A stretch of DNA of 64,000 bases, from NCBI RefSeq assembly GCF_006345805.1, contig NC_043002.1:79360001-79424000 (forward strand). The letters run 5' to 3'. Under the pieces are notes generated by a model. That model did no database searches. It worked only from the letters and a program-made list of their open reading frames with translations, and was not told the origin of the DNA. Source of the stretch: Octopus sinensis (taxonomy: Eukaryota). The translations under genes were made by a program, and so were the position numbers. This document shows positions 55,005 through 64,000 of the stretch, piece by piece (the first letter of the stretch is position 1; each line of letters begins with the position of its first letter).

Positions 55005-57300
55005 TGTTGTCGCGAGAGTCATTGACAGCCCTGGCGGATTGCAGAACGGGCTAGCCGAACTCTTAAAAAGAGTAGTGGTCGGTAGGAGTCAGAGAGAGCA
55101 TTTTGGTAGTCTCGCGAAGTACGTTCTGCGAACATATTGATTAAACCTCCACAGCAAAATTTTATATATACCAACCTGTGGCAGAATATAAAAGTGGCGG
55201 CGAGATATTCAAAGCTTGCGAAGGATGTTTAGATTTTTTTTCCTTTTTGATATGTAACCAAAGAAAAAATTATTTAATACGGAAGACTTGTTGGCTTGCA
55301 TGGCGCAGTTGCAACCACAGCAACAACAACAGCAACAACAGATACAACAACAACTACAACAGCAACAACAACAATACCTACAGTTACTGGAAGTAATGTT
55401 GAAGTCTGAAAATACCTTAGGTTCATTTTCGTCAGCAAATTCAATTGGAGAGTTTTCTTCATATGTTAGAAAATACGAAGAAATCTTCAAGGAAGAATGT
55501 AAAAAGTGGAATGACAAGAAGGTGCAACTACTTTTAAGGAAGCTATCCCCTGCCGAACACAAAATATACTGTAACTATATTCTGACGATGAAATCAGGTG
55601 AGATTTGTGTCGATCAAACAGTTAATTTGTTATCGAGAATTTTTAGTGAAAGAAATTCCCTGATCAAAATTCGTTGACATTATTCAAATTTAGTTAAAAA
55701 AGATGAAGATTTCATCACCTATGCTGGGGTCATTAACAAAGAGTGAAAAGTTCAAATTAAATTAATTAAGCCCGGATTTGTTCAAATATCTAATTTTTTT
55801 CAAGGTTTAACAGCAAGAAAAGATGCTGATATACGTTCCCGTATATTAACAAAATTAGAACGGGACTAAAAATTAACTCTACAGGCAGTGACTGAAGAAT
55901 GCCAGAGGATTATATGTTTAAGACATAACCTCGGAATTGTTGTTAAAACATTTTGACACAAATTTAGAAATAGTAGTGGCAGCAGATGCTAGTGAAAGTG
56001 GCATTGGAGCTGTGATTTTACATAAGTATGAAGATGGTAGCCTGAAAGCGGTAGATCATGCTTCGCGTTTATTATTGCCGGTTGAGAAAAACTACAGTCA
56101 AATAGAAAAAGAGGCATTAGCCATCATATTTGCGGTAAAAAATTCCTTGAATTTATACAGGGTAGAATGTTCCGTCTGCAGACAGATCACCACCCATTAT
56201 TGTCAATCTATGGATAAAAAAAGGGTATTCCCACTCATACAAAGAACAGATTGCAGCGCTGGGGAACGATCCTGCTGAATTACGATTTCAAGATGGAGTA
56301 TCTGCTATCGAAAAAATTGGGACATGCAGAGGGTTTGTCAAGATTAATACAAAAACACACCAGAACCACTAGAAGGCACGGTGAGAGCGGCGTTAAAAGC
56401 CGAAAATGAAAAAAAAAATGTATTGTGTAATGTTGTGCGTGAATTGCCTGTAACACTGGAGGAAATAAAAATTAAGTTGGTAAGATCTTGCAGAAGGCGT
56501 GCTCTTACAGCGAAATCAGCACCTATGAAATTTTCACCTTGGCCCAAGATCGATATTCCATAATTCAGAATACATATAGACTTATCTAATAGTGGTAGAT
56601 AGCTATACAAAATGGCCAGAAATGAGTAAATGTAGCAAACCGACATCCACGGTTACAGTCGAATTTCTACATAAACATTTTGCTACCGGATACCATAGTT
56701 TCCGATAACGGTACACAATTCACGGTGAATAAATTTAAGACTTTTTGCTAGATGTTCTCATTTGAACATATTACTACTACTCCGTATCACCCAAAATCTA
56801 ACAGGCAAGCGAAAGGTTCGTGGTTACATTTAAAGAAATCAAGAAACGTGCTGGTCGACGACGCAGCATTGACGCAATTTTTGAGGGTTTATAGGATAAC
56901 AACAAACCCAAACGCTTTTTCAGGCAATTCACCTGTGGAATTAATGTTTGCTCAAAAAATAACGTCAATTTTCGACAAGCTGCTACCAGTAAGAAAAACA
57001 AATAGGGAAAAACACTAAAAATACGACAAAATTGTTTAATATCGGTGACAAGATGTTTTCAAGATATATAAGAATGGAAGACAAGGTTGTGAAGCTACAA
57101 AAAAAATCGTCCTAACGCAACGTGTCAGCTACTGGAACGAAAACGGGAAAAATTTGCAGTGATAAACATCTGGAAAATTCTGGAAGGATTTGTACCGAAT
57201 TTTGGTATTGAAAGTTACACAAACAGTAGAACGGGGCGCCACAGCATAGTGCCAAATATTCAAACATCACCACCAAGATAGAGGACTAGATAATGTAAGC
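55005..57300 (+). mobile_element. Ty3/Gypsy LTR retrotransposon remnant (gag, RNase H, integrase; protease and RT deleted)
   Basis: gag-like LLLRKLSPAEH; RNase H VAADASESGIGAVI...NYSQIEKEALAIIFAV; integrase RIHID, VSDNGTQF, PYHPKSN, SPVELMF. PBS-like TGGCGGCGAG near 55196. No second LTR found. Confidence 0.8.
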
Positions 57301-57304
57301 GGGG

Positions 57305-57570
57305 GTTTCAAGGGCCCACAGCTCTTCAATATCCTCCCGAAAAGCACAGTGTGGATGTAGGAGTCTTAAAAAATAAAATTGGATCTCCTCCTGTCAAGGA
57401 TTCTGGATGAGGATACCTCGCGGCAGCAAACGCAGGTAAGGGCAGCTGCATCAAACTCCCTCATTCATCAAACGCCACATATCTGAGATTGTTTCAAGCA
57501 GTCAAGGTGTAGCAAATCTAACGGCAGTGACCCAGCATGGCCGCAGCTCTCGAGATGAAAGCAGTTAAAG
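57305..57570 (+). mobile_element. CR1-clade LINE 3' end
   Basis: FKGPQLFNILP...LDLLLSRILDE...AAASNSLIHQ parallels the C-terminus of the 21-24 kb CR1; tail CCAGCATGGCCGCAGCTCTCGAGATGAAAGCAGTTAAAG. Confidence 0.7.
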
Positions 57571-57578
57571 AGTTACTT

Positions 57579-57624
<46 letters not shown>

Positions 57625-57704
57625 TTGACTTACGTACGTATATATATTCTTCAGAAAAACAAAGCTGTGCCCCAGCTCGTCCTCATATATATATATAAAT
57701 ATAT

Positions 57705-58820
57705 TGTATAAAGGGCATTATTACACATAAATGCCTCACACTAGGAGGGACAAAGTCATTACTACCAAAAATTATACTAATCATACCCAAATGCAGTTTT
57801 TCAAAGCAAGACATTTAAAAATGAATTATGTTCTGGATCACCGTGATTTCACATACAACTTGCGTCTAATGATCGTCAGCAGAACTGATTCTGAATACAT
57901 CATAAATAAACCAACCTTATGTAGCGAAGACGAACAGACAACTGTTCACTCGGCCAAGCACATGGAATGTTTATAAATCATATATCCGGTAAATGGCGGG
58001 CTTTTTACGAACTGCATGTCGGGTAATGAAAAGTGTTTCGGAATAAGTTTAACAATTAAGGATAATCTCTTAATAAGGGATATTAACAAGAAATTATCGG
58101 GTAGCTAGCGTGAAAACCTCATAAAAGAAAAGAATCCGAAAATAATTTTTCTTTTGAACAAATTAATTATATCTATATTGTATAAAGGGCATTATTACAC
58201 ATAAATGCCTCACACTAGGAGGGACAAAGTCATTACTACCAAAAATTATACTAATCATACCCAAATGACAGTTTTTCAAAGCAAGACATTAAAAATGAAT
58301 TATGTTCTGTATCACCGTGATTTCACATACAACTTGCGTCTAATGATCGTCAGCAGAACTGATTCTGAATACATCATAAATAAACCAACCTTATGTAGCG
58401 AAGACGAAAGCAACTGTTCCACTCCGGCCAAGACATGGAATGTTTATAAATCATATATCCGTAAATGGCGGGCTTTTTACGAACTGCATGTCGGGTAATG
58501 AAAAGTGTTTCGGAATAAGTTTAACAATTAAGGATAATCTCTTAATAAGGGATCTTAACAAGAAATTATCGGGTAGCTAGCGTGAAAACCTCATAAAAGA
58601 AAAGAATCCGAAAATAATTTTTTTCTTTTGAACAAATTAATTATATCTATATTGTATAAAGGGCATTATTACACATAATGCCTCACACTAGGAGGGACAA
58701 AGTCATTACTACCAAAAATTATACTAATCATACCCAAATGCAGTTTTTCAAAGCAAGACATTAAAAATGAATTATGTTCTGTATCACCGTGATTTCACAT
58801 ACAACTTGCGTCTAATGATC
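57705..58820 (-). repeat. 474-bp tandem array, left block (2 full units plus ~170 bp); ribozyme on minus strand
   Basis: TGTATAAAGGGCATT at 57705, 58179 and 58653 (period 474). Confidence 0.97.
57830..58359 (-). ncRNA. Two type I hammerhead motifs (57830-57885 and 58304-58359); a third is truncated at 58776-58820
   Basis: GTTCTG CTGACGA TCATTAGAC-GCAA-GTTGTATGT GAAA TCACGGTGA T(C/A) CAGAAC. Confidence 0.8.
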
Positions 58821-61232
58821 ACCCGATAATTTCTTGTTAAGATCCCTTATTAAGAGATTATCCTTAATTGTTAAACTTATTCCGAAACACTTTTCATTAC
58901 CCGACATGCAGTTCGTAAAAAGCCCGCCATTTACCGGATTATATTTATAAACATTCCATGTGCTTGGCCGGAGTGAACAGTTGTCTGTTCGTCTTCGCTA
59001 CATAAGGTTGGTTTTTATGATGTATTCAGAATCAGTTCTGCTGACGATCATTAGACGCAAGTTGTATGTGAAATCACGGTGATACAGAACATAATTCATT
59101 TTTAAATGTCTTGCTTTGAAAAACTGCATTTGGGTATGATTAGTATAATTTTGGTAGTAATGACTTTGTCCCTCCTAGTGTGAGGCATTATGTGTAATAA
59201 TGCCCTTTATACAATATAGATAATTAATTTGTTCAAAAGAAAAAAATTATTTTCGGATTCTTTTCTTTTATGAGGTTTTCACGCTAGCTACCCGATAATT
59301 TCTTGTTAAGATCCCTTATTAAGAGATTATCCTTATTGTTAAACTTATTCCGAAACACTTTTCATTACCCGACATGCAGTTCGTAAAAAGCCCGCCATTT
59401 ACCGGATATATGATTTATAAACATTCCATGTGCTTGGCCGGAGTGACAGTTGTCTGTTCGTCTTCGCTACATAAGGTTGGTTTATTTATGATGTATTCAG
59501 AATCAGTTCTGCTGACGATCATTAGACGCAAGTTGTATGTGAAATCACGGTGATACAGAACATATTCATTTTTAAATGTCTTGCTTTGAAAAACTGCATT
59601 TGGGTATGATTAGTAATTTTGGTAGTAATGACTTTGTCCCTCCTAGTGTGAGGCATTTATGTGTAATAATGCCCTTTATACAATATAGATATAATTAATT
59701 TGTTCAAAAGAAAAAAATTATTTTCGGATTCTTTTCTTTTATGAGGTTTTCACGCTAGCTACCGATAATTTCTTGTTAAGATCCCTTATTAAGAGATTAT
59801 CCTTAATTGTTAAACTTATTCCGAAACACTTTTCATTACCCGACATGCAGTTCGTAAAAAGCCCGCCATTTACCGGATATATGATTTATAAACATTCCAT
59901 GTGCTTGGCCGGAGTGAACAGTTGTCTGTTCGTCTTCGCTATAAGGTTGGTTTATTTATGATGTATTCAGAATCAGTTCTGCTGACGATCATTAGACGCA
60001 AGTTGTATGTGAAATCACGGTGATACAGAACATAATTCATTTTTAAATGTCTTGCTTTGAAAAACTGCATTTGGGTATGATTAGTATAATTTTTGGTAGT
60101 AATGACTTTGTCCCTCCTAGTGTGAGGCATTTATGTGTAATAATGCCCTTTATACAATATAGATATAATTAATTTGTTCAAAAGAAAAAAATTATTTTCG
60201 GATTCTTTTCTTTTATGAGGTTTTCACGCTAGCTACCCGATAATTTCTTGTTAAGATCCCTTATAAGAGATTATCCTTAATTGTTAAACTATTCCGAACA
60301 CTTTTCATTACCGACATGCAGTTCGTAAAAAGCCCGCCATTTACCGGATATATGATTTATAAACATTCCATGTGCTTGGCCGGAGTGAACAGTTGTCTGT
60401 TCGTCTTCGCTACATAAGGTGGTTTATTTATGATGTATTCAGAATCAGTTCTGCTGACGATCATTAGACGCAAGTTGTATGTGAAATCACGGTGATACAG
60501 AACATAATTCATTTTTAAATGTCTTGCTTTGAAAAACTGCATTGGGTATGATTAGTATAATTTTTGGTAGTAATGACTTTGTCCCTCCTAGTGTGAGGCA
60601 TTTATGTGTAATAATGCCCTTTATACAATATAGATATAATTAATTTGTTCAAGAAAAAAATTATTTTCGGATTCTTTTTTTTATGAGGTTTTCACGCTAG
60701 CTACCGATAATTTCTTGTTAAGATCCCTTATTAAGAGATTATCCTTAATTGTTAAACTTATCCGAAACACTTTTCATTACCCGACATGCAGTTCGTAAAA
60801 AGCCCGCCATTAACCGGATATATGATTTATAAACATTCCATGTGCTGGCCGGAGTGAACAGTTGTCTGTTCGTCTTCGCTACATAAGGTTGGTTTATTTA
60901 TGATGTATTCAGAATCAGTTCTGCTGACGATCATTAGACGCGTTGTATGTGAAATCACGGTGATACAGAACATAATTCATTTTAAATGTCTTGCTGTGAA
61001 AAACTGCATTTGGGTATGATTAGTATAATTTTTGGTATAGTAATGACTTTGTCCCTCCTAGTGTGAGGCATTTATGTGTATAATGCCCTTTATACATATA
61101 TAGAATAATTAATTTGTTCAAAAGAAAAAAATTATTTTCGGATTCTTTTCTTTTATGAGGTTTTCACGCTAGCTACCCGATAATTTTTGTTAAGATCCCT
61201 TATTAAGAGATTATCCTAATTGTTAACTTATT
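58821..61232 (+). repeat. 474-bp tandem array, right block in inverted orientation (5 units plus ~60 bp); ribozyme on plus strand
   Basis: ACC(C)GATAATT at 58821, 59290, 59761, 60235, 60703 and 61175. Copies differ almost only by 1-3-nt indels. Confidence 0.97.
59035..60971 (+). ncRNA. Five type I hammerhead motifs (59035-59090, 59506-59561, 59976-60031, 60448-60503, 60918-60971)
   Basis: Same motif as the left block: 6-bp stem I GTTCTG/CAGAAC, CUGACGA, GCAA-capped stem II, GAAA, palindromic stem III, AUA site. The last copy lacks AA in loop II. Confidence 0.8.
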
Positions 61233-61255
61233 ATAATATTATATTATATATATAT

Positions 61256-61302
<47 letters not shown>

Positions 61303-61303
61303 T

Positions 61304-61359
<56 letters not shown>

Positions 61360-62381
61360 CGTGTGTGTGTTGTGTGTACTCACAAAACACGCACTGTATG
61401 TTGTTCCCGCAATACTAGAACATTTTATACTGTTTGCACTAAAATCGAGACAGATAAAGGATTGGAGATGGGGGAGAAAAAAAGAGAGGGATAGAAGATA
61501 AAGAGAAAGCGAAAGTAAGAGAAAGAGAAACAAAGAGAAAGAGAAAGACGGAGTTTTAAGGTGAAAAGCTTTCTACATTCTGCGTATATTAAATCTGTTA
61601 AGCATTATACATACATTTGATTCAGGTTTAACCAATTAACAAAGGTGTTACACAGTCTGTATTGAATTATTAAGTAAAAAATAATAAAATGATAACATGC
61701 CAAAAACAAACACTAAAATCGTTAAAATATGGAGACCCCACAAATCGTAAAAAATAAATATAAAATCAGAAAGAAAAGTAATCATATCTATTAATAATAT
61801 ACAGGATTTTCTCATTGTCGTCGTTCTTCAATGTAGATACTTCGCATGGACGACATCGAATAATCCTCCGAAAAGTAACTAATAATTTGATATTTAAGAG
61901 CAGATTTTCGCGTGGGCAATATTTTCCAAAATGTCACCAATAAAAGCGATATACATATTTTAACTATAATATTCCAGTTTTATGAACGCATTCTTGCGGC
62001 TTTTATTCATGAGTTATTTAATATGTATCGTTTGTTGTGATATATCGAAAAACACATTCTTGCAGTTGTACTGTAATGCTAATATGGTCACTCAAGCGAA
62101 ACCTATTGACGGACAGAACTTATCTCCTGGAAATTTCTCGTAAGTGTGTGTGGATATGTGTGCACGCGCTCGAGTGTGCGTCAATAATATTATTATACAA
62201 GCCTATATATATGTATGTATGTATGTATATATAATTGTATGTACGTATACATATGTGTGTATGTCTATGTATGCAAATTTTGTATTCTCATTCTTTGAAT
62301 TCTTCCTATTAAGAAATGCTTCGATTCTCAACAAAGACGGCTTACTGTGATATATATATTAATATATATATATATATATAA

Positions 62382-62413
<32 letters not shown>

Positions 62414-62823
62414 AGATATACATACATACATACATATAATACCTATATATATAATATATATATATATATACATATAAATACCTACATATATATAGATAGA
62501 TACAGATATATATATATATATATATATTATATATTATATATATATATATATATAATATTATATATATATATACGAATATGAATATGAACAGATAGATACA
62601 TGTTTATATATCGTTCTAATGATGAAGGTCTTGAAATGTTAATGGTCTTAGGATCGTTGTCAAAAAGGAAGAACAAAAAAATTCTCCATATAAAAAAATG
62701 AAATCGAACATACGTACATTATATATATATATATTATACATACATAATAAATACATACACGCAGACAGACAAGCATACCTATACACACATATATGTATGT
62801 ATATGTAGGTGGATGTATATAAT

Positions 62824-62857
<34 letters not shown>

Positions 62858-63721
62858 ATATATATAATATATATATATATAATATATATATATTACATCG
62901 TTATTTGTACAGTGAACAGTTAGAATCTGAATGGCCCCTTGCATATGTATTCTAGTTACTTTACAGCAGTTTCGAACGCAAATATGCAAATATGCCAATC
63001 GCAGTTGGGGTCGTTTCAGAAGAACAGTTTCTTCTTTACGACTATGTGTTCATAACTTATTCATGTTCGTTAGTGCAAGGGGTACTGGGACATAGATATT
63101 TCGATATGATCTATCTTATGAGCCTGAAATACTCCGACTAATGAATCTAACAAAAGTCGATGGATCTATTTAAAATTTCAGTGACCAAACCGTTTATTGA
63201 TTCCCGTTGACACCTGCCAATCAATAGTAAAACATTATTTGCACGGGGAACAGGAAGAATCGAAACAATACTTGGCATATTCATTCTTAATATGTTCTTA
63301 AAATAGAAGCTGTTTACCTGTTAAGGGCAGAACAGCGATTATCATATTTGCGTTCGAATCTACCGGAATATATTAAGAGTTAAGAATGAAGGAGGAGGAG
63401 GACGACGAGGAGAAGTAGGACGAGGAGAAGGCGGAAGCAGCAACAAAAATAACAGCTAAAGGAATTGCAGCATCGGCAACAGCAGCAGCAGTAGCAATAG
63501 AAGCAATACCATCCAAATTCAGTACCGTTAGTTTTCGACATGAGACAGGTGAAAGTGATAGGAAATCATCAGCAGCAACGAATAGTAATTTGGGCCCACT
63601 TGATCGTTATATTACTGGTGGTGGTGGTGGTGGTAGTGGTTGTAAGTTGAGCAGGCACAAACTCTCCCCTGTCTTGAAACCTCCAAATCAATGAATAAAT
63701 AGAAATCAATAAAACAAACAC

Positions 63722-63785
<64 letters not shown>

Positions 63786-63817
63786 TAATAATAATAATAA
63801 TAGTGATAATAATAATA

Positions 63818-64000
63818 GGGGTTTGAACAATTCACCTCTGGCAACATGGGTGTTTCGTTCAACATCCTTAAACAACCCTTATTCAGGGACCTTTCGAGTG
63901 GGATAGGTTACTCGACCTGAAGAAAATTCTAACTGGGCCCCACCTGCAAAGTCATGTGCTGTTTATTTTGATATGAGATCACCATGTCGCGCACATATAG
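63818..64000 (+). mobile_element. Second copy of the (TAA)n-embedded element, 5'-truncated, cut by the window edge
   Basis: Aligns to ~49184-49365 (TTCACCTCTGG..CATCCTTAAACAACCCTTATTCAGGGACC..CTGAAGAAAATTCTAACTGGGCCCCACCTGC) and begins right after (TAA)n. Confidence 0.85.

Noticed and set aside
57866-57900. Second hammerhead on the opposite strand of the unit (CTAATGA...hairpin...GAAT)
   Set aside because: Two core positions are wrong (CUAA, GAAU) and there is no stem I or III; it is a by-product of the real motif.
57731-60542. Repeated short ORFs (MPHTRRDKV...) in the 474-bp unit
   Set aside because: Frames differ between copies because of indels, there is no recognisable domain, and they lie antisense to the ribozyme.
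57705-61232. CRISPR, 5S rDNA, snRNA or histone array interpretation
   Set aside because: There are no unique spacers and no recognisable 5S, snRNA or histone sequence in the unit.

Overview
AT-rich, microsatellite-saturated eukaryotic non-coding DNA, most consistent with an octopus genome (inferred from the SINE families present, not proven). I could not support any host protein-coding exon, rRNA, true tRNA or CRISPR array; most ORFs in the track are translations of simple repeats. The window holds decayed retroelements (two Dong/R4, one long CR1 plus a CR1 3' end, Tx1/L1, RTE, Gypsy), a Tc1 (DD34E) and a mariner (DD34D) transposon, MITEs, many tRNA-derived SINEs, several fold-back structures and a 100-N gap at 29487-29586. 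Main result: the ~474-bp tandem array at 57705-61232 carries one type I hammerhead ribozyme motif per unit (7 complete, 1 truncated) and flips orientation at 58820/58821, so it looks like a retrozyme-type, circular-RNA-derived element. Two further, unrelated hammerhead types sit in Penelope-like remnants (24778-25016 and 35526-35560). A related ~376-bp repeat lacking the ribozyme lies at 37224-37720. All folds were derived by eye and no activity is demonstrated.
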